Source: Bacteroidales bacterium (lineage in GTDB: Bacteria > Bacteroidota > Bacteroidia > Bacteroidales > JAAUTT01). From it: a stretch of DNA of 64,000 nucleotides. Below are positions 1 to 9,350 of the stretch, piece by piece. A program made the translations under genes and the position numbers. Under the pieces are notes generated by a model that had not been told where the DNA came from, searched no databases, and was given only the letters and a program-made list of their open reading frames with translations. The stretch's first letter is position 1. Every line of letters starts with the position of its first letter. The DNA is taken from the NCBI GenBank assembly GCA_038320545.1, contig JBBQEI010000022.1, positions 2,159 to 66,158 on the forward strand, read 5' to 3'.

Positions 1-1418
1 ATCCGGATGCTGATTTCCTCATTTTTAAGTCCAAGATCATTTAAAATGATTTCTATTTTATCCACCAGCGAAGGTAAATATCGCTCAGCCTCAGCAAAGG
101 CCAGTGGACACAGTGGTAAAGAGGCACATGCCAGGGAATTTAACCTCAACCCGGAAGTGGTTGCAGGATGAAAAATATTATATTTCTTCAGTATTCCTTC
201 GATAAATGGTTTCGCATCGTTCGAAATGTTCGCAAGTATAATATTCTGATTAGGTGTTAACCGTACATCCCCGTCGAGCATCTGAACGGCTTCTTTTATG
301 GCGGTTTTAAGCTTCATAGTCTCAGTGTCGCGAATTCTTCCACCTTCAATAAATAAAGTAATGCTCCAGCGACCATTGCTTCCTTTATGCCAACCATAAC
401 GATCGCCATTTCGAACAAATTTATACGACTTTTCACCCTGCAGCTCCCAACCGAGCCGCAAATGCAGCTCCTTCTGAAAATTATCCAATCCTAAACGATC
501 GAGGGTATATTTTAAGCGCGATAACTTCCTGTTTTCCCTGTTTCCGTTATCGCGTTGAATTTTAAGTACCTCTTCAGCCACAGCCAGCGCTTTATCTGTA
601 GTAACAAAACCCAAAGCACTGGCTAACCTTGGATAGGTTTCGGGTGTTCCGAAAGTCATCCCCATACCACCTCCTGCATATACATTAAACCCAGAAAGCT
701 TCCCATTCTCAACGATGGCAACAAAACCCAGATCGTTCGAAAAAATATCGGTATCGTTGTATGGCGGAATGGCAAAGGCAATTTTAAATTTCCGCGGTAA
801 ATAGGTTTTCCCATAAATAGGTTCAACATCTTCGGAAGGTGTAGAATATTGAAGGTCATCGTTGAGCCATATTTCGTAATATGCCTTGGTTTGGGGCGTG
901 AAATGCCGGCTCATCAGCCTGGCCATTTCGTAAACTTCCTGGTGAACCGGCGAATCGTATGGATTTGGATTACACATCACATTGCGGTTAACATCGCCAC
1001 AGGCAGCAATGGAATCCATCAGGTAATTGTTTATTTTCTTCATAGTTGTTTTCAGGTTTCTTTTCAATACCCCGTGTAATTGAAAAGCCTGACGGGTGGT
1101 CACTTTAATGGTACCATTGGCATGCTGGTCCGAAAGCCTGTCGATTTGAAGATATTGCGATGGAGAAGCAATACCGCCCGGAACACGAACCCTGATCATA
1201 AAGGAATACAATGGTTCGAGCTTCTGCTTTTTGCGTTCGGTATCCAGGTCGCGATCAGATTGCTGATAAGTGCCATGAAACTTGATTAAAGTTGTATCAT
1301 CGCCCAGCAAAGCACCGGTTGTATCTTCCAGGATGCTTTCCTTCAATGTTCCCCGCAGGTAGTTGCTCTTTTCTTTGATGATCTCGACTTCCGAGAGTTT
1401 TGGTTTTTCTGTTGACAT
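1..1418 (-). CDS. cysI: Assimilatory sulfite reductase hemoprotein (beta) subunit, partial; the 3' end runs off the window
   Basis: Not in the ORF track. Manual translation from ATG at 1418 gives MSTEKPKLSEVEIIKEKSNYLRGTL...LIKFHGTYQQSDRD...FMIRVRVPGG...TTRQAFQLHG...ACGDVNRN...YLPRKFK...ACASLPLCPLA, which are the CysI motifs. It lies directly downstream of cysJ. Confidence 0.95.
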   Translation of the reverse strand, partial: MSTEKPKLSEVEIIKEKSNYLRGTLKESILEDTTGALLGDDTTLIKFHGTYQQSDRDLDTERKKQKLEPLYSFMIRVRVPGGIASPSQYLQIDRLSDQHANGTIKVTTRQAFQLHGVLKRNLKTTMKKINNYLMDSIAACGDVNRNVMCNPNPYDSPVHQEVYEMARLMSRHFTPQTKAYYEIWLNDDLQYSTPSEDVEPIYGKTYLPRKFKIAFAIPPYNDTDIFSNDLGFVAIVENGKLSGFNVYAGGGMGMTFGTPETYPRLASALGFVTTDKALAVAEEVLKIQRDNGNRENRKLSRLKYTLDRLGLDNFQKELHLRLGWELQGEKSYKFVRNGDRYGWHKGSNGRWSITLFIEGGRIRDTETMKLKTAIKEAVQMLDGDVRLTPNQNIILANISNDAKPFIEGILKKYNIFHPATTSGLRLNSLACASLPLCPLAFAEAERYLPSLVDKIEIILNDLGLKNEEISIR

Positions 1419-1424
1419 AAAAAT

Positions 1425-1450
1425 TAGTATTTAGTATTTAGTATTTAGTA
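1425..1450. repeat. Heptamer tandem repeat (TTAGTAT)n
   Basis: ttagtat ttagtat ttagtat ttagta read directly. Confidence 0.8.
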
Positions 1451-1503
1451 CCAAGTAATTAGTAATAAATACAGGATTATAGATTCATAAACTCACACCA
1501 TTC

Positions 1504-1591
1504 TTCGTTCGGCTGAGGCTGTGCCTCAGCCGTAAATATTGTTTCAGGCTTAGCCTGAAGTTATAATCAGACGAAGGCACAGCCTCAGCCT
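1504..1591. repeat. Palindromic intergenic repeat, family B (GTTCGGCTGAGGCTGTGCCTCAGCCG...AGGCACAGCCTCAGCC)
   Basis: Internal inverted repeats. A copy sharing the same start is at 39897-39955 and a partial inverted copy is at about 4979-5005. Confidence 0.8.
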
Positions 1592-1650
1592 ATCATCCTA
1601 ACAATCTATTCATTATTAATTTTTTTTGCATTTTTCTATTGTTACTTTTT

Positions 1651-1703
1651 ACTTACGACTTACTACTTACGACTTACTACTTACGACTTACTACTTACTA
1701 CTT
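1651..1703. repeat. Heptamer tandem repeat (TTACGAC/TTACTAC)n
   Basis: About 7 consecutive units read directly, just downstream of the cysJ stop. Confidence 0.85.
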
Positions 1704-1713
1704 GATACTCTCC

Positions 1714-3543
1714 TCAATACACATCTTCCTGATACCTCTTATGCTTTCTTAAATTCTGCACAAATTCCCTTGCCTGCTCATGGCTTAATTGTTTCTGATC
1801 GGATACAATATCAATAATTGTGTTGAGTACGTCTTTCGCCATATGCTTCATATCGCCACAAACATAAATGAAAGCACCATCGTCAATCCATTTCATAACT
1901 TCCACCGACTGCTCCTTGAGTTTATGTTGTACATAATACTTATCTCTCTGATCGCGCGAAAATGCCACCGAAAGATTTGCCAGTAATCCTTTTTTCTTGT
2001 AATCCAGCCATTCGGTCTGATAGAGAAAGTCGGTGGTAAAATGCTGATCACCAAAAAATAACCAGTTTTTCCCTTTCGAACCGGTCTCTGCTCTATATTG
2101 TGTGAATGCCCTGAAGGGAGCGATGCCCGTTCCCGGGCCAATCATGATGATTGCCGCCGAAGGATCTACCGGTAAACGGAAAGCATCATTGGTTTCGATG
2201 TAAACTTTTACCTTATCGCCCACATTGGAACTATCGGCCAGAAAACCTGAGCAGATGCCGTTTTTCAACCGGTTGCTATGGGTATATCTCAATGCGGCAG
2301 CGGTAACATGGACTTCATCGGGATAAGCCTCATAAGCTGATGAAATAGAATATAACCTAGGTTGAAGATTACGGAGTATCGAAGTCAATCCTTGTGCATC
2401 GTAAGGAAAAGGGTAATCTTTAAGCATATCATAAACATCGGCACCATATGTAAATTTGGCAAGTTTGCCGGTATCAGCTAAAATAGCAGAAAGTTCAGGA
2501 CTCTTAATATTTTGATTATGTTTTTCAATGGTATCGCGGCTTAAAATACCAATTTCAAAATTCTCAGTTAATGCATTTCTCAGGGCGGTAGTTGTTGATA
2601 TAGCTGTAACAATATCTTCGCCTGAAATCCCGGTTAATGAAAGCAAGCTATCCACCAGATTTCTCGAATTAACCGGGAGAACTCCCAAGGAATCACCGGG
2701 TTTATATACAAGTCCCGAATCCTTTAAAGAAATTTCGAAATGATAGGTTTCTTTCAAAGAGCCTTTCCCATTCAATTTTATTTTTTCAAGTATTTCAGCA
2801 TTAAACGGATGCGATTTCCCGAATATCGGAACAGTGGCCTTTACAGCAGAACCATTCAATAACTTGGAAGCAATGGGCTTAGAGCCTTCAAATTTTTCGA
2901 GCAGTGAGTTAATCCATTCCCCGGTGACAGGCAGAAAATCTACATCACAGTCGTGACGATCTGCCAGGCGCTTTGCGCCAAGCTCCCATAGTTTTTTATC
3001 GATATCCGCACCTGTTTTGCAGAATTGGGCATAGCTTTTATCCCCGAGTGCCAATACCGAATAATTAAGGTTTTCTAATTTCGGGGCACGGCTTCCATGA
3101 AGAAAATTATAAAATTCTTCTGCCGCCAGAGGTGGTTCTCCTTCACCATGAGTACTTACAATTACAGCAAGGTTGGTTTCGTTTTTCAGGTTTTTTGGGT
3201 TGTATTCATTCATATCGGCCACCACTGCCTTGATACCTTTTTCAGAAGCTTTTTGCTGAAGAAGCTCGGCGGCTCTGTGGCTGTTTCCGGTACGAGTTCC
3301 AAAAATAATGGTCATCTGCTGTTTCTCTACTTCTTTTGGCTCACTGTGGCCATTCAAATGAGAAACATCCGTGGAAATTCCATTAACACCTAAACGGGCT
3401 TTCTGAGCACCAATGACATATCCTGCCAGGTATCCGCTAAACCATAATAACTGTGTTTCCTGAAAATCGTTTAATACCTTTTGTGCCAGCTCCTGCTGTT
3501 CAGAACTGATGGGAAAGAGCTTAGTGAAATCCTGATTTTCCAT
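1714..3543 (-). CDS. cysJ: Sulfite reductase [NADPH] flavoprotein (alpha) subunit
   Basis: N-terminal LLWFSGY motif, flavodoxin motifs (GTRTGNS, STHGEGEPP, LGDKSY), FAD/NADPH motifs RLYSISS and GPGTGIAPFR, C-terminal RYQEDVY. Confidence 0.96.
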   Translation of the reverse strand: MENQDFTKLFPISSEQQELAQKVLNDFQETQLLWFSGYLAGYVIGAQKARLGVNGISTDVSHLNGHSEPKEVEKQQMTIIFGTRTGNSHRAAELLQQKASEKGIKAVVADMNEYNPKNLKNETNLAVIVSTHGEGEPPLAAEEFYNFLHGSRAPKLENLNYSVLALGDKSYAQFCKTGADIDKKLWELGAKRLADRHDCDVDFLPVTGEWINSLLEKFEGSKPIASKLLNGSAVKATVPIFGKSHPFNAEILEKIKLNGKGSLKETYHFEISLKDSGLVYKPGDSLGVLPVNSRNLVDSLLSLTGISGEDIVTAISTTTALRNALTENFEIGILSRDTIEKHNQNIKSPELSAILADTGKLAKFTYGADVYDMLKDYPFPYDAQGLTSILRNLQPRLYSISSAYEAYPDEVHVTAAALRYTHSNRLKNGICSGFLADSSNVGDKVKVYIETNDAFRLPVDPSAAIIMIGPGTGIAPFRAFTQYRAETGSKGKNWLFFGDQHFTTDFLYQTEWLDYKKKGLLANLSVAFSRDQRDKYYVQHKLKEQSVEVMKWIDDGAFIYVCGDMKHMAKDVLNTIIDIVSDQKQLSHEQAREFVQNLRKHKRYQEDVY

Positions 3544-3544
3544 T

Positions 3545-4831
3545 TTATAAATACTTTGTTGTTTCTAAAATTTGTGAAATTGCTTCCGTTGTTTTTTGCA
3601 AATCGTTCCCTGAATGTGCATTGGAAATAAAATTTGCTTCATAACCAGAGGGAGAAAAATAAATGCCTTTCTTTAATAATTCAATATAGAACTTGCTAAA
3701 CATAAAGTGATCTGCATTTTGTGCTGAGGTAAAATCATCCACCCGTTTCTTTGAAAAATAGAGTGTAAACATATTTTTGAAGCTATTTAACTGAAGGTTA
3801 TGCTTAAGTGCCAGTTCATTGAAGATCCCAAAAAAAATATCCGAATTCTGTTGAATAGCCTCATAAACTTTCTCATCCTGAAGCATTTTTAAGGATGCAA
3901 TTCCGGCGGCAACAGCAACGGGGTTTCCCGACAGTGTTCCTGCCTGGTAAACGGGGCCATCGGGAGCAATCAACGACATGATTTCAGTATTTGCACCATA
4001 AGCCCCTACCGGAAATCCGCCTCCGATAATTTTTCCAAAGGTGGTAATGTCGGGTTGAATGCCCAGTAATTTTTGAACTCCTCCAAAACAGAAGCGAAAC
4101 CCGGTAATTACCTCATCAAATATCAACAGGCTTCCATATTTTCGGGTAAGATGACGAACAAACTCCAGAAATCCTTTTTGAGGAATTACCACGCCCATAT
4201 TGGCAGGTATAGGTTCCACAATGACAGTTGCAATGTGATTGTTATACTTTTCGAATACTTTCTGAATGGCTTCCGGATTGTTAAAAGGAACACTTATGGT
4301 GCTGTTTACAACCATCTCAGGAACTCCTTTGCTCGAAGAACTGGTTTGTCCGGCTAATCCCGAGCCTGCATTCACCAGTAACATATCGGAATGACCATGA
4401 TAGCAACCATCGAATTTTACAATGATATCCCGACCGGTAAAGGCTCTGGCAAGACGAATGGCGCTCATCACTGCTTCAGTACCGGAACTTACCAAACGAA
4501 CTTTTTTTATGGAAGGGGTAGACTGGCAAATTAATGAAGCCAACTCTGTTTCCTGCAAAGTAGGTGCACCAAAGCTGGAGCCATTATCAATAGCTGCCTT
4601 TGCGGCTTCAGCAACCTGAGGATGTGCATGGCCTAAAATACCAACTCCCCACGACAGGCAATAATCAATATAGTTGTTCCCGTCAATATCTTCCAAAGTG
4701 GAACCGAAAGCCCTTTTTATAAACACAGGTGGAATTCCGATGCTTTTGAAGGAACGCACGGGACTGTTAACTCCTCCCGGCATCACTTTACAGGCAACTT
4801 GATATGCTTGGGATGATAAATTGTTGTTCAT
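3545..4831 (-). CDS. hemL: Glutamate-1-semialdehyde 2,1-aminomutase
   Basis: MPGGVNSPVR, GCYHGHSD, IFDEVITGFR, FGKIIGGGFP and YQAGTLSGNP. The start is placed at MNNNL (4831) because the extension to 4861 runs into a repeat. Confidence 0.96.
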   Translation of the reverse strand: MNNNLSSQAYQVACKVMPGGVNSPVRSFKSIGIPPVFIKRAFGSTLEDIDGNNYIDYCLSWGVGILGHAHPQVAEAAKAAIDNGSSFGAPTLQETELASLICQSTPSIKKVRLVSSGTEAVMSAIRLARAFTGRDIIVKFDGCYHGHSDMLLVNAGSGLAGQTSSSSKGVPEMVVNSTISVPFNNPEAIQKVFEKYNNHIATVIVEPIPANMGVVIPQKGFLEFVRHLTRKYGSLLIFDEVITGFRFCFGGVQKLLGIQPDITTFGKIIGGGFPVGAYGANTEIMSLIAPDGPVYQAGTLSGNPVAVAAGIASLKMLQDEKVYEAIQQNSDIFFGIFNELALKHNLQLNSFKNMFTLYFSKKRVDDFTSAQNADHFMFSKFYIELLKKGIYFSPSGYEANFISNAHSGNDLQKTTEAISQILETTKYL

Positions 4832-5023
4832 AATTTTAAATTCTTTGTTTAGTTGTCTCAAAAGTCAATTATCGCTCAATATTCAGCTTTCTATTGTCAG
4901 GCGGAGCGGAGTCGAAGCCTTTCTATAGTTTTGAGACAATCTCGTTTATTTTGCAGGCGGAGCCTGCGGGTATAAATACGACTGAGGTAAAACCTCAGCC
5001 GAACGTACATCAAACCCATGTTG

Positions 5024-6031
5024 TTATTTTGCTAAAACCCTGGCTATCACGTTTGCATAATAACTGATAATCCAATCGGCACCGGCACGTTTAATGGCGG
5101 TATTAATTTCGATTACAACCTGTTCTTCATTTAATATTCCGGCTGAGGCAGCAGCTTTTATCATCATATATTCGCCCGAAACATGATAAGCAACCACAGG
5201 AACTTCAGTAAACTTTGTTTTTGCCCGATTAATAATATCGAGATAAGTATGTGCTGGTTTTACCATCAGAAATTCGGCGCCTTCTTTCAGATCGGCTTCC
5301 ATTTCGTCCATGGCCTGACTGGCAGAGCGGTAATCCATCTGGTAAGTTTTGCGATCGCCAAATGCTGGTTTGGATTTGGCTGCACCCCGGAAAGGTCCGT
5401 ATAACCCCGAAGCAAATTTGGCAGAATATGCCAGGATCTTTACCCGGTTGAAGCCATGTGTATCCAACATTTGACGAATGGCCCAAACCTGTCCGTCCAT
5501 CATGGCTGATGGAGCAACAATGTCGGCACCAGCCCGCGCATTTTCCAATGCCATCCTTGCAAGAGGTTCCAGGGATTTATCATTATTGATGATTTCACCA
5601 TCCAATATACCGCAATGTCCATGTGAAGTATATGCACAGAGACATATATCGGTTATCACCAGTATCGGGTAATGTTCCTTTATCAGCTTTATTGCGATAT
5701 TCACAGGATTTTCGGGCGAAGCTGAGAAGCTGCCGGTTTCATCTTTGCGCGATTCTTCAACAACCCCGAACAACAAAATTTTATTAATTCCAAGGGCTAC
5801 AGGTTCTTCCAATTCCTGCATTAGCATATCTGGTGAGAGGTGATAAACTCCATGGAGAGAAGCGATTTCCTTTTTAATCTGCTTTCCTTCAACAATGAAA
5901 AAAGGTAAAACAAAATCATTGGCCGATAGCTTCACTTCTGCATGAAAATCCCTTGTTAAAGCATCTGTTCTCAAATGCCTGAACCTTTTAAAAGGGGCAA
6001 AACTAGATATATAAGGCTGAATTTCTTTCAT
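5024..6031 (-). CDS. hemB: Porphobilinogen synthase (ALA dehydratase)
   Basis: DICLCAYTSHGHCG zinc site, APSAMMDG, YGPFR, GDRKTYQMD, MVKPA, AYHVSGEY. Confidence 0.97.
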   Translation of the reverse strand: MKEIQPYISSFAPFKRFRHLRTDALTRDFHAEVKLSANDFVLPFFIVEGKQIKKEIASLHGVYHLSPDMLMQELEEPVALGINKILLFGVVEESRKDETGSFSASPENPVNIAIKLIKEHYPILVITDICLCAYTSHGHCGILDGEIINNDKSLEPLARMALENARAGADIVAPSAMMDGQVWAIRQMLDTHGFNRVKILAYSAKFASGLYGPFRGAAKSKPAFGDRKTYQMDYRSASQAMDEMEADLKEGAEFLMVKPAHTYLDIINRAKTKFTEVPVVAYHVSGEYMMIKAAASAGILNEEQVVIEINTAIKRAGADWIISYYANVIARVLAK

Positions 6032-7976
6032 ATGCTTCTTGTGTTTGTTCTCCTCTGGTAACTACTTTAATGTGAAAAGGAATTTCGCCATAATGTTTCA
6101 AAAAGCTTTTAACTCCCGAAGGCGAAGTAAATACGATGATATCCATACCGGATAAATCAATTTTTTCGATCTTTTTTACGGCCTGGGTGTAGTAAACCGT
6201 AATAATGTGAACATTGTTACTCAATGCACGCAAACCGTCGGGCAGGATATTCAGGGCTATATCCGAACGGGGAATCAGAATTTCTTCGCCCGTAATGCCT
6301 TTCGACCTGAAAAGTTCAATAATACCCCTTGAAGAATCAAGTTCAGGCTGAAGGTGAGGAATAATACCATGTTTCTGAAGTTCGTCCGTGGTAACTTCAC
6401 CAATCGAAATAATTAAATTAGAGTTTAAGGAATCAACATTGGCTCCGATGGAATAAACCCATTCCATAAAGAATTTAACACTGTTGCGGCTTGTAAATAT
6501 GATATACTTATAATTGTACACATGTTTGATGAACTTAAAAAAATCGCAGGGCATTTCGGTGGGTATAATCTCGATAAGAGGTTGGTGGATTACATTTCCC
6601 AACTCCTGGTACTGGTCGGCTGTAAGTCCTGTTACAAGTACATTTGGTCTGGATTTCATTATATTTCTGTTTTTAATGGTTTTACTAATTATAATGACTG
6701 AAGGCGACAATGTTACGTCGGGCAAATTCCCGAGATTTGTAAAGCTTACCCTGGCATAAGGCTGGGTGGCATTGGTGATAATGGCCGCCGGAGTCTCCGG
6801 AAGAACGCCATTGGCAAGGACTTTTTCCCGAAGTTCTTTCAAATTGGAGGCACCCATGTAATAAACCAAAGTATCCACATGTGGAACAACAATTTCCTTT
6901 TGTGAAGAAGCCGTAATGAAGGCTACTGACGAAGATTCTCCCCTGCTAGTAAGCGGAATTGCTGCCTGTGCCGCAGCTCCCACTGCTGCCGTAATTCCCG
7001 GGATTACTTCAGGAACAATCAGCCTTCGGTGAAGATATTCGTATTCTTCGCCGCCACGACCAAAAATAAATGGATCGCCCCCTTTTAAACGAACAGTTAT
7101 CTTTCCTGAAATAACGGAATTGTAAAGCAGCTCATTTATCTCATCCTGAGTATGGGAATGGTTTCCTTTCCGTTTTCCGACATATATTTTTTCGCCGGAG
7201 AAATTTTGCAAACAGGTCTTTTCAATCAGGTCGTCATAATAAATAGCATCAGCTTTTTCCAGGGCACGATGGGCTTTAACGGTAATTAGCTCAGGATCGC
7301 CTGGGCCAAAACCTGCCAGGTAAATCTTCCCGTAATTCTTCCGGATATCCAATTCCGAAAATAACTCCGGTAATTTCTTATTACCCTCTTTAGCCACAAT
7401 GGCCAAATGACCCTGAAGCGGATGGGTTTCGAAAGGTAAAATCTCAGCTATTTCAGCATCCAGACCTAAACGCCTTAATGCACAGGTGGCAACCACCACG
7501 GCATCGGCAACTCCTTTTTCAATGAGGGAGATTCTTTCTTCGATGGTGCCACGGATGCTGACGATTTTAGCATCGGGTCGTGCTTGTTTAATGCTTTCTG
7601 CCCTGGATAAGGAACTGGTGCCAATGCGAGGATTGGCATGCAATTCATTTAATTTTAAATTATTGATGCTAACCAAAGAATCGGTGCGATCTATCGCCTC
7701 CGTCAATGCAATCACTTCAAGACCTGCCGGAATAGGATAAGGCAGATCTTTGGCCGAATGCACAGCAATGTCAGCTTCATTTCTAAGGAGAGCATCGTCG
7801 AGTTCACGGGTAAAAAAATCAGGGATATCGCAATTCTCCAATGGTATCTGCTTGTTCTTATCGCCAAGCGATTCAATGGCGTTTACCTGAAATTCCATTC
7901 CGGGTAGAAAAGCTTTAATCTCTTCGGCCTGAACCAATGACAAACGGCTATTTCTGCATATTAACCTGATTTTCAT
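6003..7976 (-). CDS. Triple fusion of truncated hydroxymethylbilane synthase (HemC), uroporphyrinogen-III C-methyltransferase (CobA/SUMT) and uroporphyrinogen-III synthase (HemD)
   Basis: aa 1-~210 HemC (FTRELD, DIAVHSAKDLP, IGTSSLSR, IRGTIEER); aa ~217-435 SUMT (GFGPGDPELIT, RLKGGDPFIFGRGGEE, PGITA); aa ~445-657 HemD (FTSRNSV, IGEVT, FTSPSGV). Confidence 0.92.
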   Translation of the reverse strand: MKIRLICRNSRLSLVQAEEIKAFLPGMEFQVNAIESLGDKNKQIPLENCDIPDFFTRELDDALLRNEADIAVHSAKDLPYPIPAGLEVIALTEAIDRTDSLVSINNLKLNELHANPRIGTSSLSRAESIKQARPDAKIVSIRGTIEERISLIEKGVADAVVVATCALRRLGLDAEIAEILPFETHPLQGHLAIVAKEGNKKLPELFSELDIRKNYGKIYLAGFGPGDPELITVKAHRALEKADAIYYDDLIEKTCLQNFSGEKIYVGKRKGNHSHTQDEINELLYNSVISGKITVRLKGGDPFIFGRGGEEYEYLHRRLIVPEVIPGITAAVGAAAQAAIPLTSRGESSSVAFITASSQKEIVVPHVDTLVYYMGASNLKELREKVLANGVLPETPAAIITNATQPYARVSFTNLGNLPDVTLSPSVIIISKTIKNRNIMKSRPNVLVTGLTADQYQELGNVIHQPLIEIIPTEMPCDFFKFIKHVYNYKYIIFTSRNSVKFFMEWVYSIGANVDSLNSNLIISIGEVTTDELQKHGIIPHLQPELDSSRGIIELFRSKGITGEEILIPRSDIALNILPDGLRALSNNVHIITVYYTQAVKKIEKIDLSGMDIIVFTSPSGVKSFLKHYGEIPFHIKVVTRGEQTQEAYERNSALYI

Positions 7977-7984
7977 AATGAATT

Positions 7985-8893
7985 TTATTTAATCAAACTT
8001 AATTCGGAAAAGGTGGTGGTCAGGTTTCTTCTATCCTGATATTCCAAAAACCTTTTCACTTCCTCTTCAATAATCATTTCTGCTTTTTGAATTTCTTCAA
8101 TTCTTATGGCTTTATTTCCATTTACCTGATTTTCAATCTGTTTTAACCCATAATATGTTATTTCCGGTAAAGTCTGAACTTCCGGTTCTACATCGTTGGG
8201 TACTGCCAAATCGAATATCAACAGGGAATGGTTTGCAGCTATGTGTTCCTTCCGGATAATGGCGTGAGGTGCCGAAGTTCCAGAAATAATGATATCCGCT
8301 TGACCCAAAGCTGATTTTAGATGATCCAGTTTATAGGCTTTGCAGTTTATTTGATTTCCCAATTCCAAAGCCTTTTCGAAATTGCGGTTGCACAGCAAAA
8401 ACGAATCCTGAACATTATCTTTAAGAAAATTCATGATAGTGCGGTTCATTTTGTTGATTCCTACAAATGCAAAACGTTTATTTTGGTAGCCGGTCACTAG
8501 CTCTTTGATAATTTCAACTACAGCCTGGCTATGCGACATCGCTCCGCGCGAAAGAGCAGTTTCGGTGCGTACTCTTTTCCCGGTAAGAAATGCCCATTGG
8601 AAAAGACGATGAATCGCTGAATCTAATTTATATTTTGAAGATGCCTGCTGATAAGCCTCTTTCACCTGTCCCTGTATAAAAGTTTCGCCAATAAAAACCG
8701 AATCCAGGCCGCTGATTAATCTGAACAGATGATAAATTATTTGGTCAGGTACCAAACCCTTTCCGGAATAAAACTCGACACGGTTACAGGTGTGAATAAG
8801 TACGCCTGGTTCCCCTGAGCTTTTCATCTGACTTAGAAGATGTTCACGGTCGTTATTTCTAATTTTATAATCGGCTTTCTTAAATTGAATCAT
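7985..8893 (-). CDS. hemA: Glutamyl-tRNA reductase, compact form
   Basis: HTCNRVE catalytic motif, SGLDSVFIGETFIQGQVK, GKRVRTET, SGTSAPH, DLAVPND. The likely start is MIQFKK at 8893, overlapping the upstream stop. Confidence 0.9.
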   Translation of the reverse strand: MIQFKKADYKIRNNDREHLLSQMKSSGEPGVLIHTCNRVEFYSGKGLVPDQIIYHLFRLISGLDSVFIGETFIQGQVKEAYQQASSKYKLDSAIHRLFQWAFLTGKRVRTETALSRGAMSHSQAVVEIIKELVTGYQNKRFAFVGINKMNRTIMNFLKDNVQDSFLLCNRNFEKALELGNQINCKAYKLDHLKSALGQADIIISGTSAPHAIIRKEHIAANHSLLIFDLAVPNDVEPEVQTLPEITYYGLKQIENQVNGNKAIRIEEIQKAEMIIEEEVKRFLEYQDRRNLTTTFSELSLIK

Positions 8894-9350
8894 TTTCGAG
8901 GAAGTTTTTAATTCGGTTTCGAAGTTCGATGGATTCATAAACATCCTGTGCATTGGAGGTTACAGCCACACTCAGGTAATTTTTCCGGTAAATAGCCGGA
9001 GAAACAAAATCGCACCGGGAAGGATTATCTACCACATTGACAAGTATACCAATATCATGCGCATCGTTTAAAACCTTTTCGTTTAATTCCGGGATATTGG
9101 TACAGGCGTATACCAGGGTTGAACCTCTCAGATCAGAAGGATCATATTGCTTTTCCTGATAGCTAATTCCGGCATTTTTAATTTGTTCGGATACCTCCAA
9201 TGCTACCACCTGTACATTATCAGCATATTGCTGCAAGCTTTGAATTTTATGCCAGGCAATTCGTCCACCTCCGATGAGCACAATCTTCTTCCCCTTTACA
9301 TCAATGGCCAGGGGCATAAATGTTTTATTAAAATTCCGGTCAGATAACAT
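8880..9350 (-). CDS. Precorrin-2 dehydrogenase / sirohydrochlorin ferrochelatase (SirC / CysG N-terminal / Met8p-like)
   Basis: FMPLAIDVKGKKIVLIGGGRIAWHK Rossmann motif and LVNVVDNPSRCDFVSPA. The start at 9350 overlaps the DUF2061 stop. Confidence 0.9.
   Translation of the reverse strand: MLSDRNFNKTFMPLAIDVKGKKIVLIGGGRIAWHKIQSLQQYADNVQVVALEVSEQIKNAGISYQEKQYDPSDLRGSTLVYACTNIPELNEKVLNDAHDIGILVNVVDNPSRCDFVSPAIYRKNYLSVAVTSNAQDVYESIELRNRIKNFLENDSI

Noticed and set aside
656-1817. Short ORFs in the track (656-859, 849-1079, 1080-1289, 1626-1817)
   Set aside because: The first three are shadows of cysI, which the track missed because it runs off the window; the last is a translation of the heptamer repeat (LTTYDLLLTTYY).
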